Source: Terriglobia bacterium (GTDB lineage: Bacteria > Acidobacteriota > Terriglobia > JAJPHL01 > JAPKYU01). From it: DNA of 64,000 nucleotides. Below, in pieces: positions 25,290 through 33,974 of this stretch (within the stretch, counting starts at the first letter, position 1; the number at the start of each line of letters is the position of its first letter). The stretch is taken from positions 160,001 through 224,000 of the forward strand of contig CBDBKE010000003.1 of the NCBI GenBank assembly GCA_965206645.1. Reading direction: 5' to 3'. Under the pieces are notes generated by a model, which saw only the letters and a list, made by a program, of their open reading frames with translations, searched no databases and had not been told where the DNA came from. The position numbers and the translations under genes were made by a program.

Positions 25290-25302
25290 TTCTCGGACCG
25301 CA

Positions 25303-25344
25303 GGTAGTGTGTCAGTTTCCTACAAGGGCGTTTTATGGCCAAGT
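25303..25344 (+). mobile_element. Solo terminal repeat related to the left end of element B (34357)
   Basis: GGTAGTGTGTCAGTTTCC...GGCCAAGT; 35/42 identical to 34357-34398 by manual alignment. Confidence 0.75.
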
Positions 25345-25450
25345 GGCGTATTTTTCAAAAATATATGAATCGTTCGATCTATAGGCAACATCTCATGCGG
25401 TGAATCCGATGATGATTCGGATGAGGAATGATAAAAGAGAAGGAGGAACC

Positions 25451-26332
25451 ATGTCTGAAACTATCCTTATCACCGGCGCATCGACTGGCTTTGGCCGCGA
25501 CACTGCCGAAACTCTAGCGCGCGCTGGCCACAAAGTGTTTGCCTCGATGCGCGATCCGGAAGCCAAGAACCGTGCCCCCGCGGACGCACTCCGAGGCCAG
25601 AACATCGAAGTCGTCGAGCTCGATGTCACTGATTCCCAATCGGTCGAACGAGCTGTCGCCGCGGTTGTCGCGAAGGCAGGTCGCATCGATGTCCTGGTTA
25701 ACAATGCCGGCGTCGCAGCGGCCGGCGTGTCGGAAGCGTTCACGCCCGAGCAGGCGACCGCGCTGTTCGACGTCAACGTCATCGGCCTACATCGGGTAAC
25801 CCGTGCGGTGCTGCCACACCTCCGTCGCCACAATGACGGCCTGATCATCAACATCGGCTCGGTCCTCGGGCGCGTGACCTTCCCCTTTTTTGGACTCTAT
25901 GGTGCGAGCAAGTTCGCGGTCGAGGCTTTGACCGACAGCTTCCGCTACGAGGTCTCACAGCTCGGAATCGACGTCGCTCTTGTGCAACCCAGCGCCTACC
26001 CCACGCAGATGTATGCCAGCGCGATTCAGCCGGCTGACAGCACCCGGGTGGCGGAGTACGGTGCTGTGGGGGAGATCCCTGGCGCCATGTTCCAGCATTT
26101 CACCACCATGTTGTCAGCGCCAGACGCACCGAACCCTCACGATATCGCCGAAGCAATCGCCAAGCTGATCGTTACCCCCAAGGGCGACCGACCAGCGCGC
26201 ACCGTAGTGGGCGCCAGCTATGGCGCGGATACCCTGAATGACGCGACAGAACCAGTTCAGGCGAGCGCAGTCAAGGCACTCGGCCTCGGCCATCTTGCGA
26301 CGGTACCGAGCGTGCTCCTGAAAAGCGCCTGA
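25451..26332 (+). CDS. Short-chain dehydrogenase/reductase
   Basis: TGASTGFG, NNAG, YGASK; AGGAGG RBS before ATG 25451. Confidence 0.92.
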   Translation: MSETILITGASTGFGRDTAETLARAGHKVFASMRDPEAKNRAPADALRGQNIEVVELDVTDSQSVERAVAAVVAKAGRIDVLVNNAGVAAAGVSEAFTPEQATALFDVNVIGLHRVTRAVLPHLRRHNDGLIINIGSVLGRVTFPFFGLYGASKFAVEALTDSFRYEVSQLGIDVALVQPSAYPTQMYASAIQPADSTRVAEYGAVGEIPGAMFQHFTTMLSAPDAPNPHDIAEAIAKLIVTPKGDRPARTVVGASYGADTLNDATEPVQASAVKALGLGHLATVPSVLLKSA

Positions 26333-26406
26333 TCGCACGCGCCGGGCCAGCGACACATGCCGGCCCGGCGCATCTCGGGCTTTCAGCCTAAAGGAGCGCG
26401 CGCGCC

Positions 26407-26802
26407 ATGACCACTCCAGTTAAGCTTGTCCAGAAGTTCTATGCAGCACTCAGCACCGGCGACATACCGACCATTTTTGCAGTCCTTGACCCCGACCTGG
26501 AATGGACCGAGGCTGAGAGGTTCCCCTACTACGGCGGAACCTGGCACAGTCCTCAGGCCGTCATCGATAATTTACTGCTCCCGCTTGGTCGCGACTGGGA
26601 GGGCTTTTCAGCCAAAGTCGGCGATTTTATAGCTCGAGACAACCGCGTCGTGGCATTCGGAACCTACTCTGGAACGTACAAGCAGACAGGACATTCTATG
26701 TCCTCGCCCTTTGCGCATTTGTGGACAGCCCGTGATGGACGGCTGTTGCGCTTTGCCCAGTACACCGACACGGCCAAGGTTCTGGAAGCGCTCCGACCCT
26801 GA
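26407..26802 (+). CDS. SnoaL/NTF2-like (ketosteroid isomerase-like) protein
   Basis: VQKFYAAL..GD, W.EAE.FPY.GT, FAHLW, YTDT; AAGGAG RBS. Confidence 0.85.
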   Translation: MTTPVKLVQKFYAALSTGDIPTIFAVLDPDLEWTEAERFPYYGGTWHSPQAVIDNLLLPLGRDWEGFSAKVGDFIARDNRVVAFGTYSGTYKQTGHSMSSPFAHLWTARDGRLLRFAQYTDTAKVLEALRP

Positions 26803-26811
26803 GCAGCCCGC

Positions 26812-28041
26812 CTAGGCGGGCTTGCGAGCAAACTTGTCCGCCCAGCGGATGCGCCCCGTCAGTTGCATCACCACGAACAGGGTCAGGATCGAGCCGATGG
26901 TGATCGCCAGGCCCGTAAAGCCCTTGAAGAAGAAGGCGTAGGAGAACAGGATGAGGTAGATCAACTGTGCCGTTCCTGCTTCCACGGCCGCGAAACGCAT
27001 CCCCACTACCAGGCGCAGGTAGCTCACGACCAGAAGAATGGAGACCGCCGAGCAGATGACGAATGCCCCGTGGATCGAGATGTGGTCCACCAGGTAAGCC
27101 AGGAACAGGTGAAACGAGAAGAAGGCACACGCCAGAAAGAAGTAGTTCATCGGATGCAGGTCAATGGCCCGCAGGGTGGTGATGATGAACAGCAGGAAAA
27201 AGAAGAAGAAGAGCGCCACCGGCGTGAAAAAGCTGATACGCCCCGCCAGCGGCCCCGGCTGCAGCTTCTCCGGCATCGCCATGCCGATCTGAAGGCCCGA
27301 GACGAGGTTCTTGTACGCCCAGGTGAGCTCCCAGCCGTCGGCCGTTTCGCGCTTCTCCGAGGGTGAGAGCGTGTCCGGCGGGAAATCGATCTCCTTGAAG
27401 TTGGTGGCCATCTTCAGCTGGAAGTCACGCACCTGAGCCACCTCGCCGCCGAAGCTGTACCGCCAGGTGTCGAGACCCTGGGAACGGTAGCCCACCTTAA
27501 GCACCACCGTCTTCCCGGCGGGGACGCGGGTGGTAGCTCTGGCTGCGCCTTTCCGGTTCCTCACCGCTAGCGGAACACCGTCCCCCAGGAACGACAGGTC
27601 ATCGTAGATCGCCTGGGCGGCGGGAAAATCTAGCGAGAAAGTGACCTGCTCGTCCCGGCTACTGGTGTTCTGGAAGGTATAGGCGCCGGCGAAGACGACC
27701 TTGTAGGTGCTGTGCCAGAGCAATCCCTTGCGTCGATGTTCGAGATCCAATCGCACGTCCACCCGGCTGCTCAAAAGTGCCAGCGGGGTCACCACTTGCT
27801 CCTGTTCGGTGCGAAGGACCGTTTTGCCCCGCTCCACGCGCTCGACCTTCCTGGAGAGGACCCGTTCATAGGAGGCCGCCGGCGGGGCCTGTTGCTGCGG
27901 CGCGCCCCAATTGGAAACCACCCGGCCGCGCAGCTCGGAGCGAGAAGCGTGGGTCCGGGAGAAGATCGTGGCGCCCAGAATCGCCCAGGCGACCGCGGTA
28001 CAAGCGAAGATGAAAACGATGGCGGCGATGCGCCGGGTCAT
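26812..28041 (-). CDS. creD: CreD-like inner membrane protein
   Basis: N-terminal TM, WGAPQ, periplasmic region, C-terminal multi-TM with LHPMNY, LAYLVDH, MQLTGRIRW; GGAGG RBS. Confidence 0.7.
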   Translation of the reverse strand: MTRRIAAIVFIFACTAVAWAILGATIFSRTHASRSELRGRVVSNWGAPQQQAPPAASYERVLSRKVERVERGKTVLRTEQEQVVTPLALLSSRVDVRLDLEHRRKGLLWHSTYKVVFAGAYTFQNTSSRDEQVTFSLDFPAAQAIYDDLSFLGDGVPLAVRNRKGAARATTRVPAGKTVVLKVGYRSQGLDTWRYSFGGEVAQVRDFQLKMATNFKEIDFPPDTLSPSEKRETADGWELTWAYKNLVSGLQIGMAMPEKLQPGPLAGRISFFTPVALFFFFFLLFIITTLRAIDLHPMNYFFLACAFFSFHLFLAYLVDHISIHGAFVICSAVSILLVVSYLRLVVGMRFAAVEAGTAQLIYLILFSYAFFFKGFTGLAITIGSILTLFVVMQLTGRIRWADKFARKPA

Positions 28042-28058
28042 AGCTACCTCCATTGCTC

Positions 28059-28107
28059 TGTAATATACTTTGTATTACAAAGTACTCTTTTATCTCGCTC
28101 CTGTCAA
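28059..28107 (-). promoter_or_regulatory. Sigma70 promoter with overlapping palindromic operator upstream of creD-like gene
   Basis: TTGACA-N17-TACTTT; perfect IR TACTTTGTA-T-TACAAAGTA (28066-28084) overlapping the -10. Confidence 0.75.
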
Positions 28108-28146
28108 GCCCTTTTGCCTGGCGTTCCTGCGCCGCGGAAAGAGAGG

Positions 28147-28875
28147 TCAGTTTTCGTTCGAGGCGGGGAAACGAACAACGGGCCAGCCGCGCTCGGCGGC
28201 CAACTCGGCCAGGGCGGGTTCAGGTTCGACGGCCACGGGTAACTCAGCCAGCTCCAGCATGGACCGGTCGGAAAGCATGTTGCCCGCGGCCAGGTCGGGG
28301 CAGCGGCCGAGCCGCTGGCGAATGGCTTCGGCTTTGCCCACGCCGAAGGGCACCGGGAGCAGAACCTCGGGGCTGAGCAACCCGTCGCGGACTATGGTTT
28401 CCACCGCCAGCAGGCGGTCTTCGGGGATGCCGACCGCGCGGGCTCCGGCGGATACAATCCAGCGGTGGCTGCCCGACACCAGCCACACCTCGACGCCGGC
28501 TTCCTGCAGGCGGCGGGCCCAGGCCTGGGTTTCCGGCACAATCAGGTGGCGAATGTGGCGCTCGAAGAAGTTGCGAGCGTCGGCCTCCACCAGCTCTTCG
28601 GGCAATCCCCGCAGGCAAGTGGCGCAGAGGATAGCCAGCGCCAGGTCATTCAACTCGCCGCGGCAGTGCGCATCCCAGCCATCGCGGGCTTCGCGCTCCG
28701 CCTTGGCCGGTAGGCGGCTGTTCTCGATCTGCCAAAGGAGAAACCGGTTGCCCGCGTCCTCGCGCCACAGCACGCCGTCTGCGTCCAGCGTAACCAGCCC
28801 GGCGCCGCGCGCGCACAATTCGGCGACGACGGCTTCCACGCGGGCCCGGTCGGAGGCAGTTCCGTTACCTGACAC
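28147..28875 (-). CDS. HAD-superfamily phosphatase (IB/SerB-like)
   Basis: TLDADGVLW motif I, VSGS motif II, GKAEAI, AAGN..SD..ML. Confidence 0.82.
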   Translation of the reverse strand: MSGNGTASDRARVEAVVAELCARGAGLVTLDADGVLWREDAGNRFLLWQIENSRLPAKAEREARDGWDAHCRGELNDLALAILCATCLRGLPEELVEADARNFFERHIRHLIVPETQAWARRLQEAGVEVWLVSGSHRWIVSAGARAVGIPEDRLLAVETIVRDGLLSPEVLLPVPFGVGKAEAIRQRLGRCPDLAAGNMLSDRSMLELAELPVAVEPEPALAELAAERGWPVVRFPASNEN

Positions 28876-28940
28876 TGCGCGTCATCTCTTGGACTAGCTC
28901 GAACTGGCCTCGGACTGGCCTCGGCTGGCTCGGTCTGGTT

Positions 28941-29219
28941 TCATGCTCCCTCATCCAAGGCAACGGCATCCACGACGCCAACCACGGCCATGTCCACCGG
29001 CGACTGCGGGCGCTCGACACTGGCCCCTGCTGACCAGCCCTCCTGCACGACAAGCACGCGGTCGCCCACGCCGGCATCCACCGCGTCCAACGCCAGCGCA
29101 GGATCACCGTGGGCGCTGCCGTCTAACTGGAGCGGCTGTACCACAAGAATCTTCTGTCCTTCGTGGGAGGGATGCTTCTGCGTGGCAACCACATTACCGA
29201 GGACCCGGGCGAGAATCAC
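28941..29219 (-). CDS. BMC shell vertex (pentamer) protein, EutN/CcmL family
   Basis: VILARVLGNVVATQK, ALDAVDAGVGD, PVDMAVVGVVD; GTG start overlaps upstream TGA. Confidence 0.92.
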   Translation of the reverse strand: MILARVLGNVVATQKHPSHEGQKILVVQPLQLDGSAHGDPALALDAVDAGVGDRVLVVQEGWSAGASVERPQSPVDMAVVGVVDAVALDEGA

Positions 29220-29479
29220 GTGTGAACCTCGTCCACAATGCCTACCACGGCGGCCTCCACCGGCACCTCGGCAGGCAGCCAGGGGAAGGAAGCTTCGCGG
29301 CCGCGGCAGAAGTAGACCAGTTCGGCGGCGCCGGCGCCGACGGCGTCCAGGGCCACCAGCGGCTTGCCGCTCGCGCGGCCGTGCGGGTCCACCGGCTGGA
29401 CGACCAGCATCTTCTTGCCTTCCAGGGTATCGTTCTTCATGGTGGCCCAGACGCGGCCCACCACACGCGCCAGCGTCAT
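29216..29479 (-). CDS. BMC shell vertex (pentamer) protein, EutN/CcmL family
   Basis: LARVVGRVWATMK, VALDAVGAG, GREA, VGIVD. Confidence 0.92.
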   Translation of the reverse strand: MTLARVVGRVWATMKNDTLEGKKMLVVQPVDPHGRASGKPLVALDAVGAGAAELVYFCRGREASFPWLPAEVPVEAAVVGIVDEVHT

Positions 29480-29769
29480 TGCTTTCTCCCGGTCGCTTCC
29501 TCTTCGTCCATCTCGACCGTATCCACGATGCCGACAATGGCCGAGTCCACAGGAGTGTTCTTGAGGCCGTTAGCCATGCGGGCCGAGCTGCCGGAGACGA
29601 TCAGCACCGTCTCGCGGAATCCGGCGCCGACCGTGTCCACGGCCACCACATAGCCGGCTTCGTCCTTGCCCTGAGGGGAAATGGGTTTGGCCACCAGCAG
29701 CTTCTTCCCCTCCAGGCGGGGGTCCTTGCGGGTGGCCACGACGGTGCCGACAATCCGGGCCAGGATCAT
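29476..29769 (-). CDS. BMC shell vertex (pentamer) protein, EutN/CcmL family
   Basis: LARIVGTVVATRK, VAVDTVGAG, SGSSAR, PVDSAIVGIVD. Confidence 0.94.
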   Translation of the reverse strand: MILARIVGTVVATRKDPRLEGKKLLVAKPISPQGKDEAGYVVAVDTVGAGFRETVLIVSGSSARMANGLKNTPVDSAIVGIVDTVEMDEEEATGRKQ

Positions 29770-29775
29770 GCGCGC

Positions 29776-30075
29776 CTACCTGGCGGTGGCGGCCGGCTGC
29801 GACTTGCCGATGGGCAGCACGTCTTCCAGGCTGGGATGCGGGCGCGGGATCACGTGCACGCTGAGCAATTCGCCGACGCGCCGGGCGGAGGCTGCGCCGG
29901 CGTCGGTGGCCGACTTGACGGCCGCTACATCGCCGCGCACCAGCACCGTGACGTAGCCGGAACCGATCTTTTCGTAGCCAACTATCGTCACCTTGGCCGC
30001 CTTTACCATGGCGTCGGCGGCCTCGATCATCGCCACCAATCCGCGCGTCTCGATCATTCCAAGGGCATCACCCAT
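29776..30075 (-). CDS. BMC shell hexamer protein (PduA/EutM/CcmK family)
   Basis: [40 protein letters not shown]. Confidence 0.96.
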   Translation of the reverse strand: MGDALGMIETRGLVAMIEAADAMVKAAKVTIVGYEKIGSGYVTVLVRGDVAAVKSATDAGAASARRVGELLSVHVIPRPHPSLEDVLPIGKSQPAATAR

Positions 30076-30123
30076 AGATCCTCCTTGTTTCCGCTCCTCC
30101 TGGTTCGTGCGGCCTCACCTGGT

Positions 30124-30933
30124 CTAGCGGCTGGCCAAGGCCCGCGACTTGAGCAAGTCGTCCACCAGGGCCAGCAATTCCTCCCGCGTGACGTAGAACC
30201 GATGGCCGGATTGGTTTCCCTGAGGTAGCTCATCCGGCGGCGCGTCGGACACCACTGGGCAGCTGGGGCCGGCCGACGGGGCCGACTCCAGCCCGAAATA
30301 GCGCTGGCGGGCCTGCATCAGTTTCTCGACCTCAGCGCTGGTGAGCAGCACCTGCCGTCCTAACATCTCGGTAGCCAGCGATATCCGTGCAAAGTGCTCC
30401 ACGGTCTCCATCTTGAAGTAAGCGCCCAGCAGGTCCCCGCCGTAGGTGACCACGCCGTGATTGGCCATCAGGATGGCGTCGTAGCTGGGCACCAAGTCTT
30501 TCAACGCGTCAGTCAGCTCCGGCGTTCCCGGTGTGCCGTAGCGCGCCAGGGGCACGCATCCCAGCGACAGCACAATCTCGGAGATCAACGCCTTGTTCAA
30601 CGAAAGCCCGGCGGCCGCATAGCCTGTGGCGGTGGCGGGATGGGCGTGTACCACGGCCTGGACGTCAGGCCGCCGGCGGTAGATCAACAGGTGCATGGCC
30701 AGCTCGGAGGAAACGTTGCGCCGTCCCAACAACTTGTTTCCTTCCTGGTCCACCACGACCAAGTCGTCGGGGCGCATCATGCCCTTGCTGATCATGGTGG
30801 GTGTGGCCAGGATGTCACCGCTGGGCAGGCGCACGCTCACGTTGCCGTCGGTGGCCGCCACGAAGTTCTTCTGATGAAGCAGCCGCCCGATTTCGCAAAT
30901 GTCGTGGCGGTACTCGTTCTCGGTCTTGATCAC
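30124..30933 (-). CDS. Class II aldolase (fuculose-phosphate aldolase-like) with putative C-terminal encapsulation peptide
   Basis: DGNVS, SSELAMH, HAHP, NHG; Pro/Ser linker then amphipathic TREELLALVDDLL; GTG start at 30933 inferred. Confidence 0.9.
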   Translation of the reverse strand: MIKTENEYRHDICEIGRLLHQKNFVAATDGNVSVRLPSGDILATPTMISKGMMRPDDLVVVDQEGNKLLGRRNVSSELAMHLLIYRRRPDVQAVVHAHPATATGYAAAGLSLNKALISEIVLSLGCVPLARYGTPGTPELTDALKDLVPSYDAILMANHGVVTYGGDLLGAYFKMETVEHFARISLATEMLGRQVLLTSAEVEKLMQARQRYFGLESAPSAGPSCPVVSDAPPDELPQGNQSGHRFYVTREELLALVDDLLKSRALASR

Positions 30934-31023
30934 GGCGCTCGGCGTTGGGTGGCTGGCTGTCTCGGCCGGCCTTGCCCACTCAAGGCTGACCCAGCCGGCG
31001 CGGGTCGTTTGGCCGAGTGCGCT

Positions 31024-31053
31024 ATCGTACCGGAACCTACAAGCCCTTGTAAA
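31024..31053 (-). promoter_or_regulatory. Putative sigma70 promoter of the BMC operon
   Basis: TTTACA-N18-TACGAT. Confidence 0.5.
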
Positions 31054-31095
31054 GCTCACCGCCCGTCGGGTGCTGTCTGAAATCTGCGTTGAACT

Positions 31096-32070
31096 TTACG
31101 ACAGCAGCTCTCCCAAGTCCCACACGTGATCCGAGATCCCCGCTTCCATGGCCGGGGTGACTCGGATCGATGAGTGAATCCGACAGAAATTGTAGTATCC
31201 GAAATGCAGGGCGAGCGCTGCCCAATGGTTCTCCCACTTTTTGCTGAAAGCGTTCGTGAGCCGCGTTAGGCGTCGAATCTGCATCCGCATTGTGAGATTC
31301 TGGCGTTCGACGTGGGACGTGCTGATGCGCTCTCGATCCGGGTTGCCGATCATCTTTTTCCGCTTGCAGCCGGTACACTGGGCCGGGCTATAGCGCTTCT
31401 CATCGGTCGGAGCCTCGCTGTATTGCTTAACCAGCATGCCGTAGTCAACGCGGTCTTCAAGAGCATCCTCAATCGCCGTGATGTACGGCCGGAAGCCATC
31501 GGTAGAGATCTGGAACTGCCGGGGTGCAGTGGCAAGCCGCAAGCCTTCAATAAAGGCGTCCGTCGTTGCCTGATCCCGACGGCCCAGCGCAAAGTTGAGA
31601 ATCAGCTTCGTGTTCCGCTCGATCGCAACGAACGCGTAAGCGTCTCCGATCGTGGCGTCAGTGGCGACTTCCTCGGGCGTCTTGTGGGCTTCCTTCTTAC
31701 GGATGAAACCCCAGATTTCATCGCACTGAACATCCTTGACCGGCACATTCACGATCAGCCGTCCCATGACCTTCTCGCACTTCTCGCCAGCGAGCACCAA
31801 GACCTTCATGATGGTGTTTCGATCCAGCCCCGTGATGCGCTCAGTGCTCCGAATGCTGTTGCCTTCCAACAGTAGTTGCACAGCCAACAGAGCCTTGTCC
31901 TGAGGAACGTACATCGTGCCAAAAGTGCGCTTATGCGGTTCGGTGTAGGTCTTGCGGCACTTCGGGCAACGAAAACGGCGAAGTCCATTTCGATGTTTTC
32001 CAAAGCGTTGACATTTACCGCCACACTCCGGGCAACTCATTGTAGGCGTTGATCTTACTGCCGTATTCAT
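31096..32070 (-). CDS. IS1-family DDE transposase (Zn ribbon + HTH + DDE, single ORF)
   Basis: CPEC...RFRCPKC, EGNSIRSTERITG, QCDEIW, STDG, STSHVERQN, RRLTRLTNAFSKK, TPAM. Confidence 0.9.
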   Translation of the reverse strand: MNTAVRSTPTMSCPECGGKCQRFGKHRNGLRRFRCPKCRKTYTEPHKRTFGTMYVPQDKALLAVQLLLEGNSIRSTERITGLDRNTIMKVLVLAGEKCEKVMGRLIVNVPVKDVQCDEIWGFIRKKEAHKTPEEVATDATIGDAYAFVAIERNTKLILNFALGRRDQATTDAFIEGLRLATAPRQFQISTDGFRPYITAIEDALEDRVDYGMLVKQYSEAPTDEKRYSPAQCTGCKRKKMIGNPDRERISTSHVERQNLTMRMQIRRLTRLTNAFSKKWENHWAALALHFGYYNFCRIHSSIRVTPAMEAGISDHVWDLGELLS

Positions 32071-32076
32071 GATTCA

Positions 32077-32105
32077 ATTATACAGCGAGCGCTCTCTGTT
32101 GTAAA
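32077..32105 (-). promoter_or_regulatory. Strong, probably leaderless sigma70 promoter of the transposase
   Basis: TTTACA-N17-TATAAT, then 6 nt, then ATG. Confidence 0.75.
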
Positions 32106-32160
32106 GGTAATTGGACCCCTCCACCAGGGTCAGGATCGGCAAGGAGCGGCGGGCTCTCGA

Positions 32161-33228
32161 TCAGCGTTTGAATTGCAGGACTGTAGCGCCTGTGGGATGC
32201 GGCACATCAAGGCACAGAATTTGCTTTAGGAGCCCTTGTGGCACACCGGAATCTCTGCTGAGCCGCGCCGGATAAATAGCCCCCCCGTACGTTATCTCGG
32301 CCATCTTACGCATCAAGCGCGGTTTCTCTTGTGCGATTCTCTCATCGCCGGGCTCGCGATAGGTGCCCCAGGTAGCGTTCATCTTCTGACTTAGGTATCT
32401 GTACTGGTTCTGAGTCAGTTTTCCCAAGCGGTGTGCCGTGTTGGCTAGTGCTCGTATCGACACTCCCCATCGGGGTTTCATTGCTGCAAGACTAGAGAGG
32501 GTTACGGGCTCTTCCATCTCGGATTCCATTGCTTCAGCAGGTAACAGAAACTCGCCCGCAAATGCCCTGGCCTCCAAATCGGCCTTCCTGGCGCTCGTCT
32601 GTAACGGTGTGTGCATCACGATATGGCCAAGTTCCTCACCACTAGAAAAGCGGCTTCGATAGCTCGTCTTTCCGCCCATCAGCGCGACCACCGGGCGGCG
32701 ATGCGCTCCGTCTCCCGCCCATGCCGAAAACCCGTCGAATCCTTTTTCTTGCATGGGAAGCAAGATTACCAACACGCCGTTTTTCTCCAGCGTTCCAATC
32801 AAATCATTGACCGGACTCGACGGCGACAACCCAAGAGCCGACCTTGTGATTTGGGCACAGCTTTCTGGGTCATCGTTGATTCTCGGAATATTGACACGAA
32901 TTCTATGCAGTTTCCCTCCAAGCGACTCTGCCAGGTCTAGCCCCAGATGAGCTATGGCATGAGCCCTGCTTCGAGCGGCCTTCTTGACTGACTTAGTGGA
33001 CCTGTAGAGAAGCGACCCGAAGGGCATCTCCGGCAGTTTGCCTTTTAAAAAGAAAGAGGCATCAAAACCCGTCTTCAGAGAAATAGCGTTCAAGTAGGCA
33101 CTGGAAGGCGCATACATGCCTGATTCCATCGAGGCGATGCCCGATTGCGTTGTACCAACGGCCCCGGCTAGCTCGGCCTGCGTGATGCCGCGAACATCTC
33201 TAGCTAGTTTGATCCTGGAACCGATCAT
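32161..33228 (-). CDS. XRE-family HTH fused to ImmA/IrrE-type metallopeptidase domain
   Basis: RIKLARDVRGITQAELA HTH; FDGFS, RSRFS.GEELGH..MH, EARAFAGEFLLP, KPRWGVS. Confidence 0.85.
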   Translation of the reverse strand: MIGSRIKLARDVRGITQAELAGAVGTTQSGIASMESGMYAPSSAYLNAISLKTGFDASFFLKGKLPEMPFGSLLYRSTKSVKKAARSRAHAIAHLGLDLAESLGGKLHRIRVNIPRINDDPESCAQITRSALGLSPSSPVNDLIGTLEKNGVLVILLPMQEKGFDGFSAWAGDGAHRRPVVALMGGKTSYRSRFSSGEELGHIVMHTPLQTSARKADLEARAFAGEFLLPAEAMESEMEEPVTLSSLAAMKPRWGVSIRALANTAHRLGKLTQNQYRYLSQKMNATWGTYREPGDERIAQEKPRLMRKMAEITYGGAIYPARLSRDSGVPQGLLKQILCLDVPHPTGATVLQFKR

Positions 33229-33890
33229 GCTTCCTCGGAAGACTCTTCTTGCTGGTCTTCATCCTGACCGCGGAGCAGCTCCTCCAAATCGCGCTCGACC
33301 GTGTCGTTGAGAGGCTTGCCGTGGAGAGGTTCTGGGGTGTCCGAAGGCTCCGCTTGGATCGCGGCGGCGTGTGGCAGCGTCTCATTCCAGTAGCACTCCA
33401 CGTCTTCGGCTCGGAAGCCGCCCTTTTGAGGACAAGCTAACCGCAACTGATCCAGATTGAATTCCTTGTCAAAATTCCAGAGGATGAGTAGGTTCAACTT
33501 TGTCTCGCGAATTTGACGGTTGGCGTCTATATGCCGAGTCGGGAACTGTCCGTAGAATCTCTTTCGCGCAACGGAATAGCCGCATCCGGGGACCGCGCCG
33601 TCCCGCCCCTTTAGGACTCGCAACGCTACCGGGCCAAGGCGCAGATTGAGGGCAAGTAGGGGTTGGTTTATCAGATTGAATCCGTCGTCGGGTTCTTCTT
33701 CGACCCGGACATCGAGACGCTTGAAATACCGCTTGGCCTGATGCCGAACAATCATCTCGCGAATGTGTGATTCAGGCTTCTCCTTGTCGCAAAGTTGCTC
33801 GAAGTATTCTTGGTTCTTCGCAACTGCGAACTCCATTGCTCGCCAGAAGGCGGGTATGATGGGCTTGAGTGACTTGGCTGTCGCCATCAA
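33225..33890 (-). CDS. Hypothetical protein coupled to the XRE-peptidase gene
   Basis: 221-aa ORF, ATGA overlap with the downstream gene, acidic tail; upstream TTGACA-N18-TATTAT promoter (33949-33978). Confidence 0.75.
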   Translation of the reverse strand: MMATAKSLKPIIPAFWRAMEFAVAKNQEYFEQLCDKEKPESHIREMIVRHQAKRYFKRLDVRVEEEPDDGFNLINQPLLALNLRLGPVALRVLKGRDGAVPGCGYSVARKRFYGQFPTRHIDANRQIRETKLNLLILWNFDKEFNLDQLRLACPQKGGFRAEDVECYWNETLPHAAAIQAEPSDTPEPLHGKPLNDTVERDLEELLRGQDEDQQEESSEEA

Positions 33891-33974
33891 AAGATGGAAC
33901 GTGGGAATCCCAGTCGGGTAGGTCTAGCTTGATCTGTATATCAGTATGATAATATCATGCCGTAACGCAGAATG

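Noticed and set aside
25190-25300. LexA box upstream of uvrA
   Set aside because: No GTTC-N7-GTTC, CTGT-N8-ACAG or GAAC-N4-GTTC pattern was found by eye
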